64,000 nt of DNA from Ignavibacteriota bacterium (GCA_022616555.1 JAKEEG010000066.1:1702-65701), one strand, 5' to 3'; positions 9,324-18,988 are shown, numbered from the stretch's first letter. Notes: generated by a model not told the origin, from the letters alone. A program made the numbers and translations.

Positions 9324-10043
9324 TTATTTCACAAACTCCCGTAAATCCTCAAGTTTTATTTTTCCCTCGTACAACGCTTTTCCTACAACGATGCCGGTGA
9401 CGCCTGCTTCCACAAGCGTGTGGATGTCATCAACAGAAGAAATTCCTCCGGAGGCAAACAGTTGAATGTTCTTGAAGAACGATTTGATCTCCGTATAAAG
9501 CTCCACGTTCGGTCCTTGCATCATGCCGTCGCGGTCGATGTCCGTGCAGATGAACGTCGACGCCTTCGCGCTGATCATGTCGTAGATGAATGTGTTGGGC
9601 GAGTACTCCGACTCTGCCAGCCAGCCGCTATGTGCGATTTTGCCTCCGTGAATATCCAGCGCGATGGCGATCCGGCTTGAACCGATATCCTGTATCCACT
9701 TTTTCACGAGCGCAGGAAGTGTCACTGCGATGCTGCCGACAACCACGCGCTGAGCGCCAAGCTCTAATAATTTATCCATGTCCTCTTTGGAGCGCACGCC
9801 TCCGCCGACCTGCGCTTTGACGCCTTTGAGCGCGAGGATTTTCTCCAGCGATTCCCAGTTCGTCACCTGGCCTTTTTTCGCACCGTCCAAGTCCACGACG
9901 TGCAGGTGAGAGAAGCCGGCGTCGAGGAATGATTTTGCAACATCAGACGGGGAATCGGAATACACGGTCTGCTCGTCGAAATGTCCCTGCCGCAAGCGGA
10001 CGCATTTGCCTTGATAGATGTCGATAGCCGGGAAGATTAGCAT
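9324..10043 (-). CDS. hisA: 1-(5-phosphoribosyl)-5-[(5-phosphoribosylamino)methylideneamino]imidazole-4-carboxamide isomerase
   Basis: 239 aa with the HisA TIM-barrel motifs IFPAIDI..GKCVRL and HVVDLDGA. Confidence 0.9.
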   Translation of the reverse strand: MLIFPAIDIYQGKCVRLRQGHFDEQTVYSDSPSDVAKSFLDAGFSHLHVVDLDGAKKGQVTNWESLEKILALKGVKAQVGGGVRSKEDMDKLLELGAQRVVVGSIAVTLPALVKKWIQDIGSSRIAIALDIHGGKIAHSGWLAESEYSPNTFIYDMISAKASTFICTDIDRDGMMQGPNVELYTEIKSFFKNIQLFASGGISSVDDIHTLVEAGVTGIVVGKALYEGKIKLEDLREFVK

Positions 10044-10633
10044 CGTTCACCAAAATTTTTGAGGAGTTGAAGTCCGGCGCTCCCGGATTTTTCCGGATGG
10101 AATTGCACGCCGTAGAAATTGTTCATCTGCACGGCAGAGGAAAACGTGAGTCCGTACTCCGTCGCGCCGACGGTCTCGGGAACCGCGGGCGCGTAGTACG
10201 AATGCACGAAATAAAAATGCTCGCTTTCGGCGATGCCCGCGAAGAGCGGGGAGTCATTCCTCCTGCGCACCTGATTCCAGCCCATGTGCGGCACTTTAAT
10301 ATGTGGGAGCGAGCGCGAGTCGAATTGTACGATTTTCCCCGGTAGAATGCCAAGACAATCGGTGTGGCGCTCATCCGATTTTTCGAATAACAACTGCATG
10401 CCGAGGCAAATGCCTAAAAATGGCACACGCACGTCCTTGAGCCACCGGATCAGTCCGGCGCGATCGAGCGAATCCATCGCCATCCGCGCCTCGCCGACAC
10501 CGGGGAGAATGAGTTTGTCAGCGCGCTGAAGCTCGCCGATACTGCTGGAAACTGTGTGCCCAATGCCCAGCCGCTTCAGTGCGTTGCTCACCGAGCGGAT
10601 GTTCCCTGCGCCGTAATCGATTATGCCGATCAT
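10037..10633 (-). CDS. hisH: imidazole glycerol phosphate synthase glutamine amidotransferase subunit
   Basis: 198 aa class-I GATase with the motifs GICLGMQ and HSY. Confidence 0.9.
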   Translation of the reverse strand: MIGIIDYGAGNIRSVSNALKRLGIGHTVSSSIGELQRADKLILPGVGEARMAMDSLDRAGLIRWLKDVRVPFLGICLGMQLLFEKSDERHTDCLGILPGKIVQFDSRSLPHIKVPHMGWNQVRRRNDSPLFAGIAESEHFYFVHSYYAPAVPETVGATEYGLTFSSAVQMNNFYGVQFHPEKSGSAGLQLLKNFGERC

Positions 10634-10667
10634 GATAATCTTGAAATTCTAATGAGTAACACACCCC

Positions 10668-10788
10668 CCTTGTATCCCCTCTCGCTCTGCTCTTGCCCAC
10701 ACTCGAGAGGGGGCTCATGCACACGAGCCTTGAAAGTCCCCTCTGTGTATATGCAAGCGGGCTTGGGAGAGGGGATTTAGGGGTGTGC
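10668..10788. repeat. two REP-like GC-rich hairpins in the hisB-hisH intergenic gap (CCCCTCTCG...CGAGAGGGGG; GTCCCCTCT...AGAGGGGATTTAGGGGTGTG)
   Basis: Inverted repeats are visible. The second unit recurs at 17911-17964 at roughly 80% identity. Confidence 0.65.
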
Positions 10789-10803
10789 TTATATGCCAAT
10801 ACG

Positions 10804-11898
10804 TTACAGTATGCCTTTTGTAGATGGTAATTGACCGGGCGCTCGGTTGTCGGGCGCAGCCGCTTGTTTCAGCGCTCGCGCCACCGACTTAAACACCGCT
10901 TCCACTTTATGATGGTCGTTGCGTCCTTGCACGCTGATATGCAGATTTGAGCGCAAACCATCGGCGAGCGCCCTAAAGAAATCCTCCACTAATTCTGTCG
11001 GTAGCTCACCAACTTTTTCGCGCTCGAATTTTCCTTCAAACGTAAAATAGGGTCTGCCGCTTAAGTCGAGCGCAACCTGTGCGAGCGATTCATCCATCGG
11101 CAGCAGAAATCCGTACCGCTCGATGCCGCGCTTGTCGCCCAGCGCCTGGCGTATGGCTTCACCGAGCACAAGCCCCGTATCCTCCACGGTATGGTGCTCA
11201 TCCACACGCAGATCGCCTTTGACTGTGACTGCCATATCAATGAGCGAGTGCTTTGAAAGCAGCTCGAGCATATGGTCGAAGAACCCGATTCCCGTCGCGA
11301 TGCGGTACGCTCCGGAACCATCGAGGACAATGTCTATCGTAATGTCCGTTTCGGTCGTTTTGCGTTTAACCGAGGCAGAGCGGTTTGTGCGGAGGATGAA
11401 ACCGCACGCATCGAGAAATTTCGGCGTCACAAAATCCGCCTCAGATGTTTTGCCGTTCGTAAGCCGGACTGCTTTGCATCCGATGTTGCGCGCAAGCTGG
11501 ACGTCTGTTTCACGGTCGCCAACGACAAACGACCGCGCTAAGTCGATGTGGTTTTTCCTTAGATATTCCGTCAGCAATCCAGTTTTCGGCTTTCGGCAAT
11601 CGCACTTGTCAGCTTCCGTGTGTGGACAGATGAATATCTCCGTAAACCGGATGCCTTCGGCCCCGAGCAGAGTAAGTATTTTTTGATGTGGAATTTCAAA
11701 CGCTTCGGTTGGAAACGAAGGCGTGCCGAGATAATCCTGGTTTGTGACCATCACCAGCTCATACCCCGTATCTTGCAGCTTTCGCAGGCCCTGAAACACG
11801 CCGGGCAGAAATTCCAGTTTTTCGAGCGAATCGATTTTTTCGTCCGGCGGTTCAACAATAAGAGTACCGTCGCGGTCGAGGAATGCAACTTTCTTCAT
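10804..11898 (-). CDS. hisB: bifunctional histidinol-phosphatase / imidazoleglycerol-phosphate dehydratase
   Basis: 364 aa with an N-terminal HAD phosphatase (FLDRDGTLI) and a C-terminal IGPD domain with histidine-rich motifs. Confidence 0.9.
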   Translation of the reverse strand: MKKVAFLDRDGTLIVEPPDEKIDSLEKLEFLPGVFQGLRKLQDTGYELVMVTNQDYLGTPSFPTEAFEIPHQKILTLLGAEGIRFTEIFICPHTEADKCDCRKPKTGLLTEYLRKNHIDLARSFVVGDRETDVQLARNIGCKAVRLTNGKTSEADFVTPKFLDACGFILRTNRSASVKRKTTETDITIDIVLDGSGAYRIATGIGFFDHMLELLSKHSLIDMAVTVKGDLRVDEHHTVEDTGLVLGEAIRQALGDKRGIERYGFLLPMDESLAQVALDLSGRPYFTFEGKFEREKVGELPTELVEDFFRALADGLRSNLHISVQGRNDHHKVEAVFKSVARALKQAAAPDNRAPGQLPSTKGIL

Positions 11899-12941
11899 GG
11901 TTTTATCTCATTGAGAGTATTCAATAGTAGAGAATTTTGTTCCGCCGTCCCCGCGGTGATGCGGAGACAGTTGCCCAAGAGCGGCTCGGCGCTCCTGTCG
12001 CGTACAATGACGCCGCGTTCGGCAAGCAGCCTGTACACGGTTTTTGCTTCCCGGCAGCGGACGAGGAGAAAGTTTGCGTCCGAAGGAAACACGCGCTCTA
12101 TGGCCGCCATTTTTTTGAGCTGCTCTGAGAGATGTTCTCGCAGCTTTACGATGGCGCGCACGGCTTGCTTCATACGGCCGGGATTTTCCAATGCACGAAG
12201 GGCGGCAGAGCTCGTGAGCGCGTTGATGTTGTAAGGCGGTTTCACTTTGAGAAGATACTCAATAATTGCCGGAGACGCGATGGCGTAGCCCAAACGGATT
12301 CCTGCCAATCCCCACGCCTTCGAAAGCGTACGGAGGATGACGAGATTCGGATATGTGTCTATTTGGGTTGCTAACGACTCGGCGTCGGAAAAATCGATAT
12401 ACGCTTCATCCACCACGACAATCGCATTGGTATCGCACAGTGCAAGAATATCGTCTTGGCGAAGAAGATTTGCCGTCGGGTTGTTCGGCGAGCAACAAAA
12501 CACCAGTTTTGTTGTCGCACTCAACGCCGACTTCAGTTTTTCCACGTCCAGTTGAAATTGCTCGGTCAACAGGCATTGCCTCACCTCAACGTCTTGAATT
12601 TCTGCCGCCACACGGTACATGCCGTACGTTGGGGCGGCAATGAGAATCGAATCCTGCCTCGGCTCGCAGAAAATCCGAATTAGCAAATCAATCACCTCGT
12701 CAGAACCGACGCCCACAAACACATTCTCGGCTTTCAAACCGGCAAGCACAGCAAGCCGTGCTCGAAGAGCTGTTTGAAACGGGTCTGGATAGCGGTTAAG
12801 CTCGAGCCCATCGGCAGGAATTACGCTGCCGAGCGAATTCTCGTTTGCATCGAGCAGCACGCCCGATGCAAAATCATGCCGCGCGGCGCGGTAGGGCTTG
12901 AGCGTTTTGATGTTCGGTCGTATCAGTTGTTCAATGTTCAC
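11895..12941 (-). CDS. hisC: histidinol-phosphate aminotransferase
   Basis: 348 aa class-II aminotransferase with the PLP lysine context LRTLSKAWGLAGIRLGY. Confidence 0.9.
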   Translation of the reverse strand: MNIEQLIRPNIKTLKPYRAARHDFASGVLLDANENSLGSVIPADGLELNRYPDPFQTALRARLAVLAGLKAENVFVGVGSDEVIDLLIRIFCEPRQDSILIAAPTYGMYRVAAEIQDVEVRQCLLTEQFQLDVEKLKSALSATTKLVFCCSPNNPTANLLRQDDILALCDTNAIVVVDEAYIDFSDAESLATQIDTYPNLVILRTLSKAWGLAGIRLGYAIASPAIIEYLLKVKPPYNINALTSSAALRALENPGRMKQAVRAIVKLREHLSEQLKKMAAIERVFPSDANFLLVRCREAKTVYRLLAERGVIVRDRSAEPLLGNCLRITAGTAEQNSLLLNTLNEIKP

Positions 12942-14227
12942 GATGTAAACCTTACAGTTACTGCACGCTTGTGTGCTTCAAATCCCTCCGCCTCTGCGAG
13001 CGTTGTAAGCGTTGGGGCAAGGTTGCGCAAGCCTTCCTCGGAGATGGTTTGAAACGAAACGAATTTCTGAAAGCTTTCCACCGCCACGCCGCTGTATGCC
13101 GCTGCCGCGCCACCTGTGGGCAGAGTGTGGTTAGTCCCCGAGGCATAGTCGCCCGCGGTGACGGGCGCATATTGCCCCAGGAATACTGAGCCGGCATTTC
13201 GAATAAGCGGCACAATCTTCTCGGGTGATTGTACATTAATGATGAGATGCTCAGGAGCGTAGTCGTTTGAAAAATGAATTGCATCGTCCAACGAGTTTGC
13301 AACAACAATAAAACTATTTGCGAGCGACTGTTTGAGAATCTTTTTTCGCGGAAGACTCTCTAATAATCCTTGGACTACCCCATTTACGCGCTGAGCAAAT
13401 TCAGCATCGGTTGAGACGAGCACGACCTGCGAGTCGGCGCCGTGCTCTGCCTGCGAGAGCAAATCGGCTGCGACGTACGAGGCGTTAGCAGTCTTATCCG
13501 CAATAATAAGCAATTCGGATGGTCCGGCAGGCCCATCGATTGCCGCTCCGCCCGGCTGACAAGAAACGAACTGCTTAGTAGCGGTGACAAATGCATTCCC
13601 CGGTCCGAAGATCTTATGCACCTTGGGAATCGATTCCGTTCCGTACGCCATCGCCGCGATTGCCTGAGCCCCGCCTACACAATAGATTTCGTTGATGCCG
13701 ACAAGCTGCGCTGCGGCGAGAACGAGCGGGTCAGCCTGACCACTTTTTTGTGGTGGAGAGCAGAGTATAACGCGCTCGCATCCTGCGAGCATAGCAGGAA
13801 TGCCGAGCATAAGCACCGTCGATGGTAGTGGCGCTGAACCCGCGGGAATATATAAACCGACACACTCGATGGCTCGGGGTTCGCGCCAGCACGTAACACC
13901 GGGCATCGTTTCAACGGGCTTTTCGGTGGTGAGTTGCGCTTTGTGAAACGCGCGAATGTTCTCTGTCGCGTGTTTTAACGCCGAGATGAGATCCGGACGT
14001 AGAGCCGCCATAGCCGCCTGGATATCCGTTTCGGGAATTCTGAATTGCTTGACGTCGACACCGTCGAAGAGTTTTGTGTAGTCCCGGAGAGCGGCATCCC
14101 CGCGCTGCTTTACAGCAAGGCAAATCTCGCGCACGGACGAGCTTGTCGAGTCATTGGAGACTCCCCCTCTCGCAAGCAGGGAAACATATTTTTTCTCCGA
14201 TAATTCGGAGAGGCGATAGATGGTCAT
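12938..14227 (-). CDS. hisD: histidinol dehydrogenase
   Basis: 429 aa with HisD signature regions. It overlaps hisC and hisG by 4 bp each. Confidence 0.95.
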   Translation of the reverse strand: MTIYRLSELSEKKYVSLLARGGVSNDSTSSSVREICLAVKQRGDAALRDYTKLFDGVDVKQFRIPETDIQAAMAALRPDLISALKHATENIRAFHKAQLTTEKPVETMPGVTCWREPRAIECVGLYIPAGSAPLPSTVLMLGIPAMLAGCERVILCSPPQKSGQADPLVLAAAQLVGINEIYCVGGAQAIAAMAYGTESIPKVHKIFGPGNAFVTATKQFVSCQPGGAAIDGPAGPSELLIIADKTANASYVAADLLSQAEHGADSQVVLVSTDAEFAQRVNGVVQGLLESLPRKKILKQSLANSFIVVANSLDDAIHFSNDYAPEHLIINVQSPEKIVPLIRNAGSVFLGQYAPVTAGDYASGTNHTLPTGGAAAAYSGVAVESFQKFVSFQTISEEGLRNLAPTLTTLAEAEGFEAHKRAVTVRFTS

Positions 14228-15099
14228 TGGATGATCGTCTCGATTGGCACGACAATGATATCGCTAGCGCCTGCGCTTTTGAGCCGCTCCATCACATCCC
14301 AGAACACATTCTCTGCGATAACCAAATGCAGGGCGACCATGCCTTCCTCTGCAAGAGGCACAATGGTAGGGCTTTTCAGGGCGGGGATAATTTGCTTCAA
14401 GCGCGGAATGGCGTTCACCGGAGCGTTGAGCATAATGTAGCGCTTGCCGCGCGCTTGCAAACTGCCGGAAAATCGGATCAGCAACCGGTCGATGAGAGAT
14501 TTTTTTGATTTATCCGCGAACGCTTTTGGATTAGCGATGAGCACGGCTTCGGATTCCATGACCGAGAGCAACGGGCGCAGTCCATTAACCCGCGCAGTTG
14601 TGCCGGTTGAGACAATATCGCAGATAGCGTCGGCGACGTCGAGCGTGGGGGCAAGCTCCACTGCGCCGCTTAACTCGACAATCTCGCAGCGCAATTTTTT
14701 GGAGCGCAGGAATTTGTTGAGCGTATTTGGGTACGTTGTTGCGACGCGCTTCCCACGCAGATTGCGTAGTGACCGGATCGATGACCGTAGGGGCACGCTC
14801 AGCATGAGCCTGCACGCACCATATCCGAGGCGCTGGAGCTGTTTAACGCGAGCGCCGCGTTCCAACACCACGTTCTCGCCCACGATGCCGAGCTCGGCGA
14901 CGCCATCCTGCACATACTCCGGGATGTCATCGTCCCGCAGCGCGAGCACGTCAAGCTCGAAGTTGCGGCACGGGGAGTACAGGCTCTGCTTCTGGAATTC
15001 AAATTCCAGTCCGCACGAGCGCAGAAGCCCAAGCGAGTCGTCTGTTAGCCTGCCGTTTTTTTGTAGGGCAATTTTTAATCGTCCATTAGATGCCACCAT
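14224..15099 (-). CDS. hisG: ATP phosphoribosyltransferase, long form with C-terminal regulatory domain
   Basis: 291 aa HisG-long. No hisZ gene is present, which is consistent with the long form. Confidence 0.9.
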   Translation of the reverse strand: MVASNGRLKIALQKNGRLTDDSLGLLRSCGLEFEFQKQSLYSPCRNFELDVLALRDDDIPEYVQDGVAELGIVGENVVLERGARVKQLQRLGYGACRLMLSVPLRSSIRSLRNLRGKRVATTYPNTLNKFLRSKKLRCEIVELSGAVELAPTLDVADAICDIVSTGTTARVNGLRPLLSVMESEAVLIANPKAFADKSKKSLIDRLLIRFSGSLQARGKRYIMLNAPVNAIPRLKQIIPALKSPTIVPLAEEGMVALHLVIAENVFWDVMERLKSAGASDIIVVPIETIIQ

Positions 15100-15111
15100 G
15101 AGAGTAGTCCT

Positions 15112-15131
15112 TACTTTACTTTGGTAAAGTA
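15112..15131. promoter_or_regulatory. 20-bp palindrome TACTTTAC-TTTG-GTAAAGTA, 13 bp upstream of the hisG start codon
   Basis: A perfect 8-bp inverted repeat with a 4-bp spacer. A near-identical palindrome lies at 15435-15456 on the other side of the TrpR-like gene. Confidence 0.6.
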
Positions 15132-15145
15132 TACCTTCAAAAAAA

Positions 15146-15436
15146 TTATGTTGTGGTGCGTGTCCGCCGGAGCATCATCGCGTAGCCGCCCTTGCCACGC
15201 TTAAGCCATTTATGCACGCGTGCGATAGTGCGCGAGCTGAGTCCCGTTTCGCGTTCAATCACTGTGTAGGGAACGCCCTCGGCGAGCATGCGGGCGGTCT
15301 TCCAGCGCTCCACCATCTCGCGGATCTCCGTTTCGGTCAGCAGGTCGCGGAAGAATTTCTGGCACTCTTCCGTTGTACGCAATTGCAATACCGCGCTGAA
15401 GAGGTGGTTGATATCGTATGTGCTTGGGCGTTTCAT
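15146..15436 (-). CDS. TrpR-like DNA-binding protein, YerC/YecD family
   Basis: 96 aa, clearly alignable by eye to B. subtilis YerC (LF.A.L.L...EEC..FF.DL.T..EI......R...A.M...G..Y..IE.E.G.S..TI.RV). It sits 46 bp upstream of hisG on the same strand. Confidence 0.8.
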   Translation of the reverse strand: MKRPSTYDINHLFSAVLQLRTTEECQKFFRDLLTETEIREMVERWKTARMLAEGVPYTVIERETGLSSRTIARVHKWLKRGKGGYAMMLRRTRTTT

Positions 15437-15456
15437 ACTTTACTTAAGTAAAGTAT
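15435..15456. promoter_or_regulatory. 22-bp perfect palindrome ATACTTTAC-TTAA-GTAAAGTAT abutting the start codon of the TrpR-like gene, in the divergent region shared with the threonine dehydratase gene
   Basis: A perfect inverted repeat with the same half-sites as 15112-15131. Confidence 0.6.
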
Positions 15457-15588
15457 AGTGAATTTTCGGATATGAGTCAAGCGGCGTTTCGCTTCAGTCG
15501 CAAATAACACGCGAATGCCTTCATTTCGGGCGTGTTTACCAACTTTTCCCTTGTCATTCAAGGCGGATTTTTCTACCTTTTGCTCGCT

Positions 15589-16536
15589 ATGGTACAGTAT
15601 AAAGACATAGAAAAAGCATACGGTACACTCAGTTCCATTGTTCACAAGACTCCGTTATTGACGTCCCGGATGTTCAACGAACACTCCGGCAACGAGGTGT
15701 TCCTTAAGGCGGAGAACCTGCAGCGCGCCGGAGCGTTCAAAATCCGCGGCGCGTATAACAAGATTTATTCGCTTTCGCCAGAGGAACGCTGCCGCGGAGT
15801 CGTGGCGCATTCCTCCGGCAACCACGCACAAGGCGTTGCGCTTGCCGGGCAGTTGCTCGGTGTTCGCGTTACCGTCGTCATGCCCAAAGGCTCCGTGCCG
15901 AACAAAGTCGAAGGCGCGAAATCCTACGGCGCCAAAGTGGTTTTCAGCGAGGATTCCTCAGACGCCCGCGAACAATTGGCGAAGCAACTGAAGCGCGAGC
16001 ATGGTTACGTGCCCGTGCCGCCGTTTGATGATGACGACATCATCGCCGGGCAGGGAACGGTAACCGTGGAAATCTCCCGCCAGCAATCCGACCTGGATTA
16101 TCTCTTCGTGCCCGTCGGCGGCGGCGGGTTGATCTCCGGTAACGCAATAGCTGCAAAGCATCTGTTCCCGAAAATTAAAGTCGTCGGTGTGGAGACCGAG
16201 CCGGCGAACGACTGTTACCAAACGTTCCGCCAAAAGAAGATCGTCCGCATCGCTCCTCCGAAAACGATAGCCGATGGCATGCGCACGCAGGCGATCGGGG
16301 AGCGGAATTTCGAGATTATCATGAAATACGTCGATGATGTCATCACCGTCACCGATGACCAGGTGATAGCGATGATGAAATTTTTCGCCGAGCGCATGAA
16401 AGTCGTTGTGGAACCGACGGGCGCGGTTGCTCCCGCGGCTGTATTCCACAATGTAGCACGGCTCTCCGGGAAGAAGGCCGCCGCCATCATCAGCGGAGGG
16501 AATGTCGATCCGAAATTTTTGAAACAAATTTTATGA
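15589..16536 (+). CDS. threonine/serine ammonia-lyase (PLP-dependent, short form without ACT domain)
   Basis: The ORF track starts at 15532, but the ATG at 15589 (MVQYKDIEKAY) fits the family N-terminus. It has the PLP lysine motif SGNEVFLKAENLQRAGAFKIRGA and a glycine-rich loop. Confidence 0.8.
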   Translation: MVQYKDIEKAYGTLSSIVHKTPLLTSRMFNEHSGNEVFLKAENLQRAGAFKIRGAYNKIYSLSPEERCRGVVAHSSGNHAQGVALAGQLLGVRVTVVMPKGSVPNKVEGAKSYGAKVVFSEDSSDAREQLAKQLKREHGYVPVPPFDDDDIIAGQGTVTVEISRQQSDLDYLFVPVGGGGLISGNAIAAKHLFPKIKVVGVETEPANDCYQTFRQKKIVRIAPPKTIADGMRTQAIGERNFEIIMKYVDDVITVTDDQVIAMMKFFAERMKVVVEPTGAVAPAAVFHNVARLSGKKAAAIISGGNVDPKFLKQIL

Positions 16537-17027
16537 CCATCCCCCAATTTCTTTCGTACGTGGATTACCTCGTGAAGTCCACAGACCACTTGTTTCAGCA
16601 AGTGCCGCCGGATAAAATCGACTGGAAGCCGACGGAAACGTCGTTCACCGCCGGCCAGCAGATGGCGCATATCGTGGGAGCGATGGGAGTGTATTGCGGC
16701 GGATTCACGAAAGGCGAGTGGGGCTCCGCAACCATGCGCGAGCGGTTTATGATGAACCGCCATACGCCGAGCTTGAATGTTGAAGAAGCGTGCGCGCAGT
16801 TGAAGGTACAGCACGCAGAGTTCATCCGGCGCGTGAACGAGTTGAGCGAGGAGGATTTTGCGGCCGGAGAAATCTTCGCTCCGCAGTTTAACGGGAAAGT
16901 TCCTCGTTGGCGCGCTGCGCTTCTGTTCATCGAGCATCATATCAATCATAAAGCCGAGCTGTTCATGTATCTCAAAATTCTTGGCGTAAAAGTCCATACG
17001 GGTCATCTGTATCGCGGCATGCAGTGA
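16533..17027 (+). CDS. DinB/YfiT-like family protein (four-helix-bundle putative metal-dependent hydrolase)
   Basis: 164 aa with a histidine triad pattern (H..H..H). It overlaps the upstream stop by 4 bp. Confidence 0.55.
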   Translation: MTIPQFLSYVDYLVKSTDHLFQQVPPDKIDWKPTETSFTAGQQMAHIVGAMGVYCGGFTKGEWGSATMRERFMMNRHTPSLNVEEACAQLKVQHAEFIRRVNELSEEDFAAGEIFAPQFNGKVPRWRAALLFIEHHINHKAELFMYLKILGVKVHTGHLYRGMQ

Positions 17028-17116
17028 AAACCTGCTTGAAGCTTGGGGAAAAGTTTTATAAGTTGTCTATAACAGTATTCAGTTATCAGTGGTCAGGAAT
17101 CAGAAAAGCATAGAGT

Positions 17117-17863
17117 ATGAAAATTGCAGTGTGCATTAACCACGTTCCCGATACGGAAACGAAAGTTAAAGTCGGCGCCGACGGCAAGAGTATTGACCGC
17201 GCGGGAGTGAACTTCATCATCAACCCGTACGACGAGTTTGCGGTCGAAGAGGCGCTCCGTATTAAAGAGAAGCAGACCGGGGAGGTTGTTGTGCTTTCGC
17301 TTGGCGGCGATACACACAAGGAAACACTCCGGAAAGCCCTTGCCATGGGGGTCGACAAAGCTGTGTTGCTGAAAGATGACACTCCGCGTGATTCATACTC
17401 AGTTGCCGCAGCACTCTCGGCAGCGTTGAAGGAGCTCGCGCCGGAGGTGGTGCTGTTCGGCAAGCAGTCGATTGATTCGGACGATGCGGCGGTTGGGTTG
17501 ATGGTGGCGGAAATGCTGGGCTGGGCGTCCGTGGCTGTGGCGGTGAAAGTGGAAATTGCCGACGGCAAAGTCACAGCCGAACGCGAAATCGAAGGCGGGC
17601 ATGAGAAAGTTGAGGCAACGCTGCCGGTCGTTATTACGGCGCAGAAGGGGTTGAACGAGCCCCGGTATCCATCGCTCAAGGGCATCATGGCGGCAAAGAG
17701 CAAGCCAATCGAGGAAAAACCGCCCGCACCAGCACAGAACCGCGCTGAAGTTGTGGAAATGCGCAAACCACCTGCAAAAAGCGCGGGCAAGATTGTCGGC
17801 ACCGGAGCGGATGCTGTGCCCGAGCTGGTGCGATTATTGCACGAAGAAGCAAAAGTCATTTGA
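17117..17863 (+). CDS. etfB: electron transfer flavoprotein beta subunit
   Basis: 248 aa. The start MKIAVCINHVPDTETKV is typical of EtfB. Confidence 0.9.
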   Translation: MKIAVCINHVPDTETKVKVGADGKSIDRAGVNFIINPYDEFAVEEALRIKEKQTGEVVVLSLGGDTHKETLRKALAMGVDKAVLLKDDTPRDSYSVAAALSAALKELAPEVVLFGKQSIDSDDAAVGLMVAEMLGWASVAVAVKVEIADGKVTAEREIEGGHEKVEATLPVVITAQKGLNEPRYPSLKGIMAAKSKPIEEKPPAPAQNRAEVVEMRKPPAKSAGKIVGTGADAVPELVRLLHEEAKVI

Positions 17864-17910
17864 ATGCAGAGTGCAGAATGCAGATTGTAGAGTGAGAATA
17901 ATGTTGGTTA

Positions 17911-17964
17911 AAGTCCCCTCTGTGTGTAAGCGAGTGTGGGAGGGAGACGGGATTTAGGGGTGTG
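17911..17964. repeat. REP-like element (AAGTCCCCTCTGTGTGTAAGCGAGTGTGGGAGGGAGACGGGATTTAGGGGTGTG), second copy of the unit at 10733-10788
   Basis: Direct comparison gives roughly 80% identity over 55 bp. It lies in the intergenic region between etfB and etfA. Confidence 0.65.
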
Positions 17965-17997
17965 TAAACTTAAACTTGTTAGAGTGTTCATAGACCG

Positions 17998-18972
17998 ATG
18001 AAAATTTTGGCATTTGCCGAACAACGAGACGGACAGCTTAAGAAGAACGCATTTGAAGTCGTAAGCGCCGCAAAGAAAATCGCCGAGCAAACGAACGGAG
18101 AAGTCGTTGCGCTTGTTATAGGAGAAGGAGTAGAGGGGATAGCAGCGGCGCTCGGCGGATATGGCGCAAAACGGGTGGTGGTAGTCGACGATGCGCGGTT
18201 GAAACTGTATTCTAGCACGGCATACGCGAAGATCATTGCCGAAGTTGCCGGGAAGGAATCCGCAAGCGTCGTGTTGCTCGCTGCGACGGCGATGGGCAAG
18301 GACGCCGCTCCCCGCGTTGCGGTCAAGTTGGAGGCGGGACTTGCCGTCGATTGCGTTGCGCTGAAAGTCGACGGCGGCGATATTATCGCCACGCGCCCGG
18401 TGTACGCCGGCAAAGCGCAAACGGATATTAAGGTGACAACAAGTGTGAAAGTTTTATCCCTGCGCCCGAACGTGTTCACTGCCGGAACAAGCAACGGAGC
18501 GCAAGCGCCTGTAGAAAAAACGAACGTATCGCTGACGGACGCGGATTTTGCATCCGTTGTAAGAGAGGTGACGCAAGCCACAGGAAAGCTGGATGTTGCC
18601 GAGGCTGATATCATCGTCTCCGGCGGCAGGGGCTTGAAAGGGCCGGAGAATTTCAATATCATCGAAGAGCTGGCAGCGGCGCTCGGCGCAGCCGTAGGAG
18701 CCTCACGCGCGGTGGTCGATGCGGGATGGCGGCCGCACGACGAACAGGTAGGGCAAACGGGTAAAACTGTCTCGCCTTCGCTGTATGTTGCGGTTGCGAT
18801 TTCCGGAGCCATCCAACACCTTGCAGGTATGTCGTCTTCGAAGTATATTGTAGCGATTAACAAGGACAAGGCCGCTCCGATTTTTCAAGTTGCGGATTAC
18901 GGCATCGTGGGCGACGCGTTTGAAATCGTGCCCGCGTTGACAAAGGAAGTGAAAAAGTTGCATGGGAAGTAG
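17998..18972 (+). CDS. etfA: electron transfer flavoprotein alpha subunit
   Basis: 324 aa with the EtfA FAD-binding C-terminal region (SGAIQHLAGM). Confidence 0.9.
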   Translation: MKILAFAEQRDGQLKKNAFEVVSAAKKIAEQTNGEVVALVIGEGVEGIAAALGGYGAKRVVVVDDARLKLYSSTAYAKIIAEVAGKESASVVLLAATAMGKDAAPRVAVKLEAGLAVDCVALKVDGGDIIATRPVYAGKAQTDIKVTTSVKVLSLRPNVFTAGTSNGAQAPVEKTNVSLTDADFASVVREVTQATGKLDVAEADIIVSGGRGLKGPENFNIIEELAAALGAAVGASRAVVDAGWRPHDEQVGQTGKTVSPSLYVAVAISGAIQHLAGMSSSKYIVAINKDKAAPIFQVADYGIVGDAFEIVPALTKEVKKLHGK

Positions 18973-18988
18973 AAATCATTTCGGTAGT

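Noticed and set aside
11123-15127. Several 150-230-aa plus-strand ORFs inside the his operon (11123..11686, 11620..12234, 14444..15127)
   Set aside because: They overlap hisB, hisC and hisG, which have clear family signatures, on the opposite strand. They have no family resemblance and are GC-rich antisense artefacts.
17086-18869. Long minus-strand ORFs (257 aa and 293 aa), Ala/Ser/Thr-rich
   Set aside because: They are antisense shadows of etfB and etfA, with low-complexity composition.
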